From positions 5,518,001-5,582,000 of the forward strand of contig OX597817.1 in the NCBI GenBank assembly GCA_951406725.2: 64,000 bases of DNA. The letters run 5' to 3'. Shown piece after piece: positions 38,790-52,974 of the stretch. The notes under the pieces are model-generated. The model was given only the letters and a program-made list of their open reading frames with translations, was not told where the DNA came from and did no database searches. Source of the stretch: Octopus vulgaris (taxonomy: Eukaryota). The number at the start of each line of letters is the position of its first letter. The stretch's first letter is position 1. A program made the translations under genes and the position numbers.

Positions 38790-39150
38790 ATAGTTTACTC
38801 AAAGTAGCCACCCTCTGCTTCCACCATGGCCTCAAGTCAGCTCCGGCACCTGGCACATGCATGCCTCACTGTGTCCCTCGGAAGATCTTCAAACATCTCA
38901 ATCCTGGCCACCAGTTTGGCCTTGGTGTTGCAGGTAGAGTGGTTGGTGTCTTTCTCAACTGTGCCCCATACATAGTAATCCATAGGATTGCAATCAAGGA
39001 CATTAGGAGGCCAGAAATTGGGGCTGGTGGAATCATAGAATTTCTCTGATAACCTCTTCTGACTCTTTCCTGAGGTAAAGCCAAGAGTCAAATCCCGTTG
39101 TCAGACTTATGGCCTTCCAGCAACAATCCTTTCAGCCAGGGTTTGAGTAG
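38790..39150 (-). mobile_element. DD37D transposase 3' fragment
   Basis: FWPPNVLDCNPMDYYVWGTVEK. Confidence 0.82.
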
Positions 39151-39591
39151 CACCACTTACTCTTTAGAGATGGCAGATATGGAAAACATCTATATATCGT
39201 CTTCATTTTGATGTTCACCTTCCTAAGTTCACATGGGTCAGACAAAATTTTGTTGAAGTGTATTATGTTCTGCTTGACACCTTTCCCATTGCTGACTGTG
39301 ACATGTTTCTAAGTAATGTAATATTTTCCCCAATAGCTGACATGTTTCCACAGAAGACTGAGAAGGAAGGACACTGGTTGCATGACAGAGACATTCTTTC
39401 ACAACTATTATGCAGTGTCATGTCAGGGAGACAGTAACACATATTTGTGGGCATACACTTTGTATGTACACAACAACCTTCTTTCAGTTTCTTTACCAAA
39501 TCCAGTCACAAGGTATTGATCAGCCAGGGCTATAGTGGAAGATACTTGCTCAAAGTGCCACACAATGGTATTGTAACTGTATGCACAGATG

Positions 39592-40222
39592 TCATCATCA
39601 TCATCATCATCGTTTAACATCCGCTTTCCATGCTAGAATGGGTTGGACGATTTTGACTGAGGACTGGTGAACCAGATGGCTGCACCAGGCTCCAATCTAG
39701 ATCTGGTAGAGTTTCTACAGCTGGATGCCTTTCCTAATGCCAACCACTCCAAGAGTGTAGTGGGTGCTTTTTACGTGCCACTGGCATGGGAGCCAGTCAG
39801 GCGGTACTGGCAACGACCTCGCTCAAATCTTTTTACACATGCCACCAGCACAGGTTCCAGTAAGGCGATGCTGGCAACGATCACGCTCAGATGGTGCTCT
39901 TGGTACCTTGCTAGTACGGGCACAAGTGTCAGTAAGGCGACGCTGGTAACGATCACACTCAAATGGTGCCTTTTATGTGCCACTGGCACGGATGCCGGTT
40001 AGCCACTCTGTCAATGATCACACATGTATGGTACTGTTTGTACCCTGTTAGCACGGATGCCAATCATCGAATTTGATTTTGATTTCGATTTCACTTGCTT
40101 CAATAGGTCTTCGCAAGCAGAGTTTACTTTCCAAAGAAGGAAAAGGTATGCATAAGGGGGCAGGTTACGCTCCTTGCATAGGCCACGAGATTATGGTCTC
40201 ATTTGGTGTGCCGGGTCTTCTC
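39592..40222 (-). mobile_element. Retroelement 3' region with (GAT)n tail and internal ~65-bp tandem array
   Basis: catcatcatcgtttaacatccgctttccatgctag is the reverse complement of 40980-41043. The array lies at 39775-40070. Confidence 0.7.
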
Positions 40223-40939
40223 ATATGTATATGTACGTATTTATATTTGCTGTCTAGAAAATGATTGTTATTGTCTCATTACATAGGAGTTTAACAAATA
40301 GATTAAGTCCTAGAATCAAAGAAATATTTTTCTGTTAAGATTAACTATAGCAATATTTTGTAATCTTTTCAGTCTTTTGGAATTCTTGAAAGATCTTTGA
40401 TGGCTTGAGCAAGCCACTGCATAAAAATTACAGTATCTTAATCGTTCCTGTCCTTTCTCTTTCATAACGTTAAATTTCATAAGAGATTAAATAAATCATA
40501 AAAAGTCTTTGAAAGGTTAGGTAGTGCTAAATCTACGGACGTTTTAAGAAATTTTGTTCAACTTAAAGCTTATTTAAATCAAATTTCCCCCAATTTAGAG
40601 TTAATTCTTCCCATTGGGGATCCTTGCTTCTACAAATGCCAGTGTGTCAAATATGTTGTGCATGTATAATAAAATTAAGAACAAAGGGTTAAATACAAAC
40701 ATAACTCAAAAATTTGCATATAATGAGCCTATTTATAAATATTTTTTCAGAACCTCTAGTGACTTTTATGGAACCCTAGGATTTCAGGACCTCCAGTTAG
40801 GAAATTTTGGATTAAATGTTTGAAAGCTGTGGTTCTGTAAATGAATTAGAGCACATGCGCATGCTCGCACACACACACATACACTCTCTCTCTTCTCTAT
40901 ATCTTTCTTTGTGCTTCATGCTTCTTATGGGGGTGGGGT

Positions 40940-41043
40940 AACAAAACTGGTGCAGCCCCTGGCTTCCCAGACCCCGGTCGAACCGTCCAACCCATCCTAG
41001 CATGGAAAACAGACGTTAAACGATGATGATGATGATGATGATG
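40940..41043 (+). mobile_element. 3' fragment of the same (GAT)n-tailed retroelement
   Basis: ccgtccaacccatcctagcatggaaaacagacgttaaacgatgatgat. Confidence 0.75.
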
Positions 41044-41536
41044 TTATCCACATCTATAATCAATTTCCTAAATATACATGAACAATATAAATAATATTGT
41101 TCCCACATGCATGGACACATGCATATGTTAACCATGTACATATTACATGTTACTTGCACATATACATACAATGCACGTTGTTTCAAATCTACATCATCCA
41201 CTTAAGTTATTTTCAGTTTCTTATGAGAACTGCTAAAATCCACAGCGACCGAGATATTTATTGTTATAGAACTAGGTGAAATGGCGAGGAGAAAAAACAA
41301 GGTACTTGTTTAAAAAGTCACATGAGACGATGCAGTCTGCACCTGTGATGCAAGACAATTGATTGTACAGCATCTCATCTGTGAGGCACAGGTGTGGGAG
41401 GAGCCGAAACGGTTGTAGTGGGTTTCAATAAATAAACTTGTAAATTCCATTTTCTATTTCTGATCCATCATCCACTTACATATGTTGCTCATACATGCAA
41501 ATTACATACATCAGCCACCTACATAATATATCTTGT

Positions 41537-41820
41537 GCACACACACACATGCAGACACACACACACACACACACACACACAGAGACACACAGACATACAC
41601 ACACACACACAGACATACACAAACACACAGACATACACACACACACAGACACACACCCACACACACACACACACAGACACACACACACAGAGACACACAC
41701 ACATACACACACAGACAGACACACGCACACAGACACACACACACAGACACACACACACACACACAAACACACATGCACAGACACACACACAGACACACAC
41801 ACACACCCACATCCACACAC
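41537..41820. repeat. (CA)n/(GACA) microsatellite
   Basis: Directly visible. Confidence 0.95.
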
Positions 41821-44044
41821 ATGTAATACATGTTACTTAAGCACATTTGAAATTGTTTTTTTTTTCTGTTTCTTTTCTTTTTCGCTTCCTTCATTACCAT
41901 TTCTTCTGACGCATTTTTTGTCATTTCTTCCTCGTTCCAATTTCTTCCTGATGTTTGTTTGGCTTTCAGTCTTCGACTTTAGTTTTCTTTTCTTTTTTTT
42001 TATTGTATTTTTTCTTCACTTTCTGTTATTACATTCGCTTCTGTTCAGACTCTTTGATTCCTGTTTTTCTTTTGTCTTTTTAATCTTTCCTTTACATATT
42101 CTCTTCGTATATTTTAAATCCTCTACATTTTTCCCCTCCACTTCTTTTTCATTCTCTTCTTGTCATACAATCTTATCACCCTCTCTCTTCATCTTTTCAT
42201 TCTTATGACATATTTCCTACTTCTTTCACTTTTACCATTTCCACTGTCCTTCTTTTGCACTCTCATCTTTGCTCCTTCCTCACCTTTTGCTACATGCTTC
42301 TCTCTGATATCTCAATTATTGCCCATACTAAAGGCTTTAGGACTTTCTTGACAAACTACTTGGTCTGCTATTATGTCTTTGTTAGTGTACAAACTGATAT
42401 TCCACATTATCTTCATGGTATGCATTTCTGTGATATGCCCGCATTTCAGTTCATACCATTACTGGATAGCTCTTAGAACTGGTCAACTTCAAAGTGTTGT
42501 GATGTTGCTAAGTTCCAATTCTTGCATGGAACAAAGCAGAGAGATAAATAAATAAGTAAAGTGCGTCGATAAATATGGATATGTATGTAAATAAATATCG
42601 CATGCATGCTCACACACTCACACACATGTGGGGTAACATTTTGCTCTCCTACACACTCGCACTTTGCTCATAAATGTGCATATATACAACATACATTACT
42701 CTCACACACACTCATGAATGTGCACACATTCACACACATACACACCGATAGCATGGCTCACTCACACATATACAATCACATTGCGTGTGCATGGATCCTT
42801 CATTCACATAGACAAGCAAACACACACTGCCATATACCCATTGCACATATACATTTATGGACATATGCACATCTACACTCACATGTATGCATGTGTATAC
42901 ACTCACTATGTCAGTTATGCTTGCATCTTCGCAATGGTGCTCACAAGATGCACAATATGTTCTCTGACACATGCACATATGCACTCATACTTTGATCACA
43001 CCTGCACTCTCACCTTTGCTTACACACACACATACACACACATTTTCACATTTATGATAGGTTTAAATCAGTTACATTTTGCCTCCAACTTATGTATTCA
43101 TACACATGTATACATTTGTAAAAGCACACATGCATGTACTTCATACACACACATTTGTACATCCACACACCCCCATACACACACTCATACATGCTCACTC
43201 TTTCTTCTGCTGCCTTTCATGTTTTCGCTTGATGACTCTTTCTCTCTCATGTCCTCATTATCTTCTTTCATTGCTATCATTTTCTTTCTCTGTCAGTGAT
43301 TAGAAACATTCTGTAAAGGAATGGCCTATGTTAATGGCCTAGTTTTTGAAGTTTTCAGCTCTCACTCTTAATTTTCTTTATCTCCTTTTAACTTACTTAT
43401 CATAACCATGCAATGGAAATTATTGAAATATTTTTTTTTCCCATGAATTCATATCTAAAACATCTCTTATGGTTTTTCTTTTCATTTTCAGATTCATATA
43501 TATATTTTTTTCACTTGCTTGCCCATTTGCATGTACCAGTAATTTATTTTGTCACACATAAGTTGTTATCAATAGTGATGGTCTTAAAGACTTCTAATTG
43601 ATTAGTGTCTTTCACTTTCAGTAAAAAACACCCAACAGTGACTCCATATTTAAAATTCATTCTCACATTCCTTCTCATGTCTACTCAAATCCATTAATTG
43701 GCTTTGTTTCTTGATTCAAGCCTGATCCATTCAAATTCATTGATTCAGTCACTTTTCTTTCTGAGCTTACTCATCACCCCAATCCTACTGGGCTTGCTCA
43801 AGATGCCAATTCCACTTGGCTTGTTCAATACTTTGACTCCTCGGTTCAGATGGAGCTCAAAATTCTGATCTGATCCATCCAACCTCAACACCCTGAGCCC
43901 AACACTCTGACTTGTCTAAACTAAATGCCTTGACTTAACCAGTCTTCAAAGCTATGATCTATCTTAACTCAATGCCTCAGTCCTCCTAGACTTCAACAAT
44001 TTAATTCATTCAAACCCACTTTCTTGGTCTACCCAGAATTCAAT

Positions 44045-44460
44045 AAGGTGGTGAGCTGGCAGAATTGTTAGCAAACCGGGCGAAATGCTTAGCGGTATTT
44101 CGTCTGTCGTTATGTTCTGAGTTCAAATTCTGCCGAGGTCGACTTTGCCTTTCATCCTTTTGGGGTCGATAAATTAAGTACCAGTTATGCACTGGGTTTG
44201 ATACAATCGACTTAATCCGTTTGTATGTCCTTGTTTGTTATCTCTATGTTTAGCCCCTTGTGGGTAATAAAGAAATAGGTATTTCATCTGCCGTTACATT
44301 CTGAGTTCAAATTCCGCCGAGGTCGACTTTGCCTTTCATCCTTTCGGGGCTGATAAATTAAGTACCAGTTAGGCACTGAGGTCGATGTAATCGACTTAAT
44401 CCCTTTGTCTGTCCTTGTTTGTCCCCTCTGTTTAGCCCCTTGTGGGCAATAAAGAAATAC
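44045..44460 (+). mobile_element. SINE family A dimer
   Basis: Head plus two tandem body and tail units. TSD gaattcaata at 44036-44045 and 44461-44470. Confidence 0.9.
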
Positions 44461-44916
44461 GAATTCAATACTTTGATCCATCCAAACCCATCAACTCAAT
44501 CTACTCAAGGCTCAACACTGATCCACTCTCCAAGGATCTAACACTCCAGTCCACTAGGGCTCCACTTCCCACTCCATTTGGTGTGCATTCTCTAAATCAC
44601 AGACCCACCCTTTTCCCACCTGAACCACTATCTTACCCAACTTTCCTCCCCTTTATCTTCAATGACTCCGACTTACACTACTGTTTTGTTTTCCACCTCA
44701 CCCTCTTCCTATTACCTTTAACTACACCTGTACCCCACTCCATACCCTTACTTCCCCCCCATCATACCCAGATGATTTCAACAACTGTCGACATGCTCTG
44801 CCAGTCAATTGTTTTCAGTTTAATGTTTTTGCCACATGTGCATGTCTATATATATTGTGTGTGCTCGCATACATGTGTATATACATGCCTCTGTGTTTGT
44901 GTGTGTGCATGTGTGT

Positions 44917-44969
<53 letters not shown>

Positions 44970-45098
44970 TACAAACGTGTATACATTTATGTACACACAC
45001 ATTTTATAAACACGTATACACATGTATTTAAATAGTCCACATGTAGGTGGATGTTTGTGATATGTATTGAGAAACTCGCACACAGCTTACATGAACAT

Positions 45099-45144
<46 letters not shown>

Positions 45145-45678
45145 AGTGTGTGTAATACATATTGAGTTGCTGATTGAGTTAGTTGGAAAGATTTGTAAAC
45201 CCACAAAAACATCTACCCCTTTCATACACACACACACACACACACACACCCACCATACATTCACCTTTCTCCACAGTTTATGATCAACGTTGCTTATTCT
45301 GTTTGATGCTGATCTTTTAAACAGAACGCCTTGTTTGTTTTGTTTTATTTTTGTCTTTTTTTGGTTTTTTTGCTTTTATATGCACGCCCTCCTTAAATGC
45401 ACACACATACATAATCACACACACTCTCATGCACACAGACACTCATGCACACACATACCCTCATGTACATACACTCACTCTGTTTAATACTCCCAGCACC
45501 ACCTTTATTCTAACTTCCTTCAACAGTCCTGTGGGCCAGCGAGGATGATATTCATTTAAGTAGCAGACACAAGCACACTTTCTCTACACACAACATAAAA
45601 TATGCACATACATACATACATGCATATACACACATACATATATAAATGCATATACATACATACATATACATACATAAA

Positions 45679-45738
<60 letters not shown>

Positions 45739-45740
<2 letters not shown>

Positions 45741-46127
45741 TGCAGGAGTGGCTGTGTGGTAAGTAGCTTGTTTACCAACCACATGGTTCCGGGTTCAGTC
45801 CCACTGCGTGGCACCTTGGGCAAGTGTCTTCTACTATAGCCTCGGGCCAACCAAAGCCTTGTGAGTGGATTTGGTAGACGGAAACTGAAAGAAGCCCATT
45901 GTATATATGTATATATATATATATGTGTGTGTCTGTATTTGTCCCCCTAGCATTGCTTGACAACCAATGCTGGTGTGTTCATGTCCCCGTTACTTAGCGG
46001 TTCGGCCAAAAGAGACCGATAGAATAAGTACTGGGCTTACAAAAGAATAAGTTCCGGGGTCGAGTTGCTCGATGAAAGGCGGTGCTCCAGCATGGCCGCA
46101 GTCAAATGACTGAAACAAGTAAAAGAG
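45739..46127 (+). mobile_element. SINE family B, full length
   Basis: Consensus-like, with several CpG-to-TpG/CpA changes. Confidence 0.92.
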
Positions 46128-46158
<31 letters not shown>

Positions 46159-46655
46159 TATATTTGTGTATGTATTTATTGTGTACATCTCACTCCTACA
46201 CAATTTAAACCAATTATGCACATAATTTAGTTTCCACGTGCACCCCAATTCATAAATGCATTCTAAGTTGCACATTCATGGACACAATTTAATTCACACT
46301 CAAACATTCTATTTGCTTCTTTTTTTTTTCCATCTCTCTATTGTTTTATTTTCTTATTGTCTTCCTAGTCTTCATTCTCTCTCTGTTTCTATTCCTCTCT
46401 TCTTTACCTTTATTTTTTTTCTTTCCTGCTCTCCTTTGCTACCCCCCCCCCCCTTTCTGTCCTTCTTAGCTGGCTCCTTCATCTTTGTTTATTTTTCTCT
46501 GATATCTCAACTTCTGTTCACACTACAAGGTTTCAATTTTTTTTTCTTGACTTTCCATTTAGTCGGTCATTGTGTCCTAGTGTACAATATTACATACCAC
46601 ACTATACCATCATGACTTGCATCATTATGATTTTTTTTCACTGTGGTTTTTTGTT

Positions 46656-46796
46656 CAGGAATAGGCAACCTTTATTATGAAGTGGGTTGCATGAGGCATG
46701 GCACAACGACAGGCTAATATACTACTAATATATTTAAGGTAATTTTTCATTAAGCGTGTCATTTAGAAAGTCCCGTGGGCTTCAGCGTTTGCCATG
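46656..46796. mobile_element. Probable hAT-type MITE
   Basis: Starts caggaataggcaacc and ends tttgccatg. Absent from the paralogous segment at about 42430-42445. Confidence 0.5.
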
Positions 46797-48790
46797 TTTT
46801 AGTTCATATCATTACTAGGCATCTTTTATAACAAGCCAACTTCAAAGAGCTGTTATCTAATTAATTAATATCTTTGAGTAATAATGGCAAATTGATTTTT
46901 AAAATTAGCAAAGGCATTTAGGATTTGATGTTAATTTTTCAAATTTTTCATAATGTTTTTGAAAAATGCTTATCTCTATACGTGTCTGTGTGTATACACA
47001 CATAAACATATTTGCACTTACGGGGGAACATGCATACCATATGAAAGGTAAAAGACTCAGGAAAACATAACACTCACACAGCCACTGATGTACACCTACA
47101 TAAACATTAGGCACATTGTACTAGCAGCCCCACTTTTTTTTTTTTAACTGAATCAGAGAAGAAAGGGAAGTGCTCATGGCCCTTATATTTTCAGGGCCTT
47201 TGCGGTTGATCTGAGAGAAGAAAGTTCTAAACCTGAGATTTGAACCAAATTGCTTGCAACAGAGTAAACTCCACTAAAGGTATTCATGGACGAAGTAGTG
47301 GTGTTGAACTGGGTTTACAGATTAAGTATTCCACCCATAAAAATTATATACACATACAGCAGGCAAAATTACGCATTATATACACACTGCATATGCATGG
47401 GCATATGACACATGCTTATATATATATTTATAACATACATATATGTACCTACATATTACATGCACATATGAATCTACATATTACTGACATACAAAAACTG
47501 ACATTTTATTGAAATATACAAACCTAAGCTTTACACCTACATATTACATACACCCACATAAACATAACTACACAGATATTATTACACACATTGTCTTGGA
47601 TTAACGAGGTAAAATTATTGGGATTGGCATTCCCTTGAGACTACCATTAAGCCCTGTACGCATTTGCTACATGATCTAATCAGATGAGAGGTATGTCACT
47701 ATTGGTCATATTTATTCATTTATCTTAACACCTATACATCAGATATCATCATCATCATATTTCTGCCTTGCACCACGACCACCACCACTATATCTCTAAT
47801 ATCTTTTGCAGTTTTACAGCCATGACATCTACTAACAGGTCTGCCACTGCCTTGATTGTTAGACCAATGCTGTTGCCATCACTACCATCTCCAAATGACC
47901 TGCTAGAAACAGCAGTTAAATCTCCCTCAAACCACACTCCCATCATAAATAAGAATCACATTCAGCAATGTGATGTCGCATTTACCCCCACCTCAAATGA
48001 TAGGGTGGTCATCGTTGGAATGTCCGTGATTATAGGTTTGCTTATTCATGATATATTTACATTAATGACTAGAAACAGTAGTATGATTTCCCTCAAAATG
48101 CTCTGCCAACATTGATAAGGACCACATTAGATTATATGATGCCACGTCTTCCCCTGCCACCAATGATAGGGTAGTCATGACTGGAGTGTCCTTGATCATA
48201 GGTCTGCTTGATCAGGATCTACTCATTATTGACTAAATATTGACTGTCACTAGGACCAACAATACTCTTCCACCCATTATCATATATCAATGATAAACCA
48301 GCACCACTACAACCTCTACTGCTACCTCTTTCAGGCCTGGAACATCAGAGCACTACCATCACTCGCCACCACCACCACCACTACATCGTTTCTACCATGA
48401 CTCCCATTAACTACTGCCACCACTCTCTGATATCAGCTTTATGTCTTTTCCCACCTCCATCTCTTCATAAACAAACACACCAACACACCATTACTATCAC
48501 CAGCACAGATAGCTTCAGTCAGTTCTACTACCACCACTATCTACCACAACAACGCTGAAGCTTTTGTGGGGTGTCTTTTAGAGATGATACAGCTGATAAG
48601 TTGATTGCCAACCCCTGGAGGGATGAAAGGCAATGTCGACCCAGGTGGGATTTGAGATGTGAAGAGAGATTATGATTCCCTTCAAAAACACCAGCATCAT
48701 GTTTGTGTGTTGTATATTTTATAGTTTTTATAATAGCGTATGCTATATGTAATGGTATATACTATGATGTTTGTGTGTGCATATATTTTT

Positions 48791-49201
48791 CTCTTTACTC
48801 TTTCTACTTGTTTCAGTCATTTGACTGCGGCCATGCTGGAGCACCGCCTATAGTCGAGCAACTCGACCTCGGGACTTATTCTTTGTAAGCCCAGTACTTA
48901 TTCTATCGGTCTCTTTTAGCCGAACCGCTAAGTGACGGGGACGTAAACACACCAGCATCGGTTATCGAGCAATGCTAGAGGGACAAACACAGACATACAA
49001 ACACACATACATATACATATATATATATGTACATATATACGACGGGCTTCTTTCAGTTTCCGTCTACCAAATCCACTCACAAGGCATTGGTCGGCCCGGG
49101 GCTATAGTAGAAGACACTTGCCCAAGATGCCACGCAGTGGGACTGAACCCGGAACCATGTGGTTGGTAAGCAAGCTACTTACCACACAGCCACTCCTGCG
49201 C
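48791..49201 (-). mobile_element. SINE family B, full length
   Basis: Near-consensus copy. Confidence 0.92.
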
Positions 49202-49329
49202 TATATATATATTTTCATTTTTTTTTTCATTTTCATCTAGTTTCAGCTCATGCTGGGGCACCGCCATATATATATATATATATTGTTATATATCTTTTGA
49301 TGATATATTGTAATATATGTTACGTATCG

Positions 49330-49675
49330 TGTGTGGTAAGAAGCTTGCTTCCTAATCAAATGCTTCTGGGTTCAGTCTCAGTGCATGGCACCTTGGACCG
49401 ACCTATGTCTTGTGAGTGGATATTTAGGCAGAAACTGAAAGAAGCCCGTCGTGTGTGTGTGTGTGTGTGTGTGTGTTTGTCCCCCCTCCCCCACCGCTTC
49501 ACAACCGGTGTTGGTTTGTTTACATTATTGTAGCTTAGAAGTTTTGCAAAAGAGACCGATAGAATAAACACCAGGCTTGAAAAGAAATAAGTCCTGGGAT
49601 CGACTTGTTCAGCAAAAACTGGTCAAGGTTGTGCCCTAGCATGGCCATCGTCCTGTGACTGAAATGGGTAAAAGG
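49330..49675 (+). mobile_element. SINE family B, diverged
   Basis: gtgtggtaagaagcttgc...aaagagaccgatagaataa...gactgaaatgggtaaaa. Confidence 0.8.
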
Positions 49676-50072
49676 TATCTATACATATTACTATGTTATA
49701 TATACGGATTAGAAGCACTGTGATATGAAATATAAACTTGTTACCAGTTAATATATGGTTGAGACATATTCGAACCCGTTGGGAGGCCATCCACTGCGTT
49801 TTGTCATGTAGAAATATTCATGCTCTTGACACAAGGGCGTTAACACACTCAGGTCAGATATACTCAAAGTTGCTTCAAACTTATTGATCTGGGTAGAGGG
49901 CGCTTTAAATTGACTTGAAATTCTCCAGAACAAGAACATTCTCCATGACAAAATGTTATGACTGACCTCCTTATGTGTTCGAATATACCTCGGACATATT
50001 TACACTGATAACTTTGTTATATATATTTTATATGTATTATGTACACACACACACATTCTTATATATTATAGC

Positions 50073-50345
50073 CGGACTGGACTGTGTGTTGTGTTCTTGA
50101 GCAAGACACTTTATTTCACATTGCTCCACTCCACTCATCTGTAGAAATGAGTTGCGACGTCACTGGCGCCAAGCTGTACCGGCCTTTGGCTTTGCTTTGA
50201 ATAACATCTTTAGTGTGGAGAGAGATGAGGCTGCTATGCATGTGTACGATTACAAGTCTTCCATAAACAACCTTGTTCAGACTTGTTCCTCGAAGAGTAA
50301 CCCTGTAGGTGCAATCCCGAAGGGTGTCTTCACCCTTTACCCTTT
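50073..50345 (+). mobile_element. SINE fragment sharing the central domain of 38444
   Basis: gttgtgttcttgagcaagacactttatttcacattgctcca. Confidence 0.7.
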
Positions 50346-50364
50346 TATGTTATATGTAACTCTT

Positions 50365-50740
50365 ACTCTCTTTTATTCTTTTACATGTTTCAGTCATTTG
50401 ACTGCGGCCATGCTGGAGCACCGCCTTTAGTCGAGCAAATTGACCCGGGACTTATTCTTTGTAAGCCCAGTACTTATTCTATCGGTCTCTTTTGCCGAAC
50501 CGCTAAGTGACGGGGACGTAAACACACCAGCATCGGTTATCAAGCAATGCTAAGGGTACAAACACAAACACACAAACACATACACATATACATATATACG
50601 ACAGGCTTCTTTCAGTTTCCGTCTACCAAATCTACTCACAAGGCATAGGTCGGCCCGAGGCTATAGTAGAAGACACTTGCCCAAGGTGCCACGCAGTGGG
50701 ACTGAACCCGGACAAGCTACTTACCACACAGCCACTCCTG
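50365..50740 (-). mobile_element. SINE family B
   Basis: Near-consensus copy with a short deletion in the head. Confidence 0.9.
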
Positions 50741-51428
50741 TAAGATGTTATATATGATATATATTATGGTGTAGACTTCTGACCCGTCTACGCTGACAAT
50801 AACTGCCAATATGAACTAATTCAGACCGTAACAACTCGTGCACACCCAATAAGAATTCATGAATTTTGAATTTTGAATTTGTTGAATATTGCAAAAACCC
50901 TATCACTTTTTCTTCTGGGTTCAAGCCTCGGGCTCAGCATGAAACTTAAATGGTAATTTATTTCTTATGTATAAAGATCATGTGTATATTCATGTGTGTG
51001 TGTGTGTGTGTGCATTTATGCCTATGTATGGTTATGTTTTATTTGCATGTATCAGATTCCGTGTCTATATTAGTTTATATCACTCAAAGAGCCTGTGTCG
51101 TATGTAGTAATTTTTTTATGTCCAGCCTCTAGCGATTCGACACTTAAAGACCGATAAAATATCTTACTGTACTGGATCGATATTACCCACCGAACGGTTG
51201 AATGCTATTTCACAGTTCAGCAGCTGTTCATTGGTTAGGCCAAGTAAATGAACTTATAAAAGAGTTCTTTATCATTTGTAGATGTGGTGAAGCAGTTTCT
51301 CACAGCTATTGAACTTGCCGAAATCTGCTATGAATTCTTCAGTGAAAATTCGTTCATGAACGAATTCACGAATCGCTATAATTTCTTCCACCGGTATGGA
51401 ATCATTTTATGAAGCCGTGATGTTTGAA

Positions 51429-51810
51429 TCTCTCTCTATATAAACGGCAGTTTGTCTGTGCGTTTTCTGTGTGTCTGTTTTCTCGTACCCTCACTCTGAC
51501 CACGGCTTTCAACCGATTCTGATGAAACTTGACACACACATAGCCCAATGTCATAATTCAAAACTAACGCAGCGAAAATTTTGAAAAGTTCTCTCAGTTC
51601 TGAAAAAATCGATAAATTCGACATGGGGTCGAGAATCAGAAACCCAAACCACAGACCGTCTAGGGGACGCAACTCCACCTTTTTTAACTCTCAAAAAAAT
51701 TTACCATCATTTTTTTTCCATTTTTTTGCTATTTTTTGGCTATAACTCTCTAAAAATGCTTTATAGTTATTTCCCTTACAAACCTGAGCAACGCCGGGCG
51801 ATACTGCTAG
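51429..51810 (+). mobile_element. Non-autonomous Helitron (second copy)
   Basis: A|TC...gcaacgccgggcgatactgCTAG|T, near-identical to 26473-26846. Confidence 0.88.
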
Positions 51811-52974
51811 TATGAAATAAAGAGAAATGTGAGAGCATGACGTCTGTGCCTTTCCAGTTACATTGGATGAGCTGTGTAAGAAAGAAGGTAAATACCTTTC
51901 TAAATTGATGTCTGAAACTGGTCCGTGGATTTGGCTTGTTGTTGAATATTGGCCCTACGTAGTCTTCATAACAGTAATAATTAAACGCTTTGAAGAGAAC
52001 ATGTACATAGAAACTCGACCTGTTAAAAGTAACAACTAAATAACCATCAGATCGCAAACAACAAAAACAAACGGCATTGTCCTAAGAGAATTAGCTGCTA
52101 TAAGGAGAGAAAAAAAAAACTGTTACACTATCTTAAATCACGTACAAAGCACATTTTTTGCAATTATGGTATGAGAATTGGATATTCAAACCCATTAACA
52201 ATAGCGTATTGCTGGCGTTTCCCCACCGAGATCTTTGAGTAATGGTGATTGCAGTGATAGTTGGCGACAGACGTTGATGATGATAAAGTTGGTGAGAACG
52301 GTCGCACTGGAGTTACAGTGAAGAAACAATGATGACACTAATGAAATAAGATAATTATTATATTAGTTAGGGTGAAGATAATGACTCTGATATTAGTAAT
52401 GTTATGTAATGTGTTGTCGATGAGGCTGGGGACGTCGAAGTTATTAGCGGTGGAAGAGCTAGTGATGATTAATGACTGGTGGTGCTGGACTTTTTGATGA
52501 TATAATTGTTCGTTCTACCTGAGCCATTTTTGTTTATATATATATATACGCACACACATACACACCAGTAAGCATGTAGATGCCTATAATCAAAAGCTTT
52601 CCAGTTATGACCATCCCGTCTTTATCAGACAACGTACAATTAATTTATTTAATGTGTGATTTTTTTTAAAGATGGTGGTATGTGATTTAAGTGGTATATG
52701 TACGATTAATGAAAGCTGAAAAAAATTCTTCCCAAACTCTTACTCAGTTTCACGTGACCGTTCGCCAGACAGATGTGATTGTCACAGCTATCTGACGAAC
52801 AGTCACGTGAAACTCTGAGTAAGCTTTCAAAAATTCTTTTCAGCCTTAGTAAATAGTATAATATTACTTTACTGTTAGCTCGTATTCGAGTACTATTTTT
52901 CAACCTTGTTTTGCATCTACGAGCTTACTGGTGTGTATGTGTGTGTATGTATGTATGTATATATATATATATAT

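Noticed and set aside
51285-51345. Minus-strand CTGAAGA...GAAAC motif
   Set aside because: A stem II is possible, but no stem I or stem III closure was found. It overlaps what looks like a common repeat tail.
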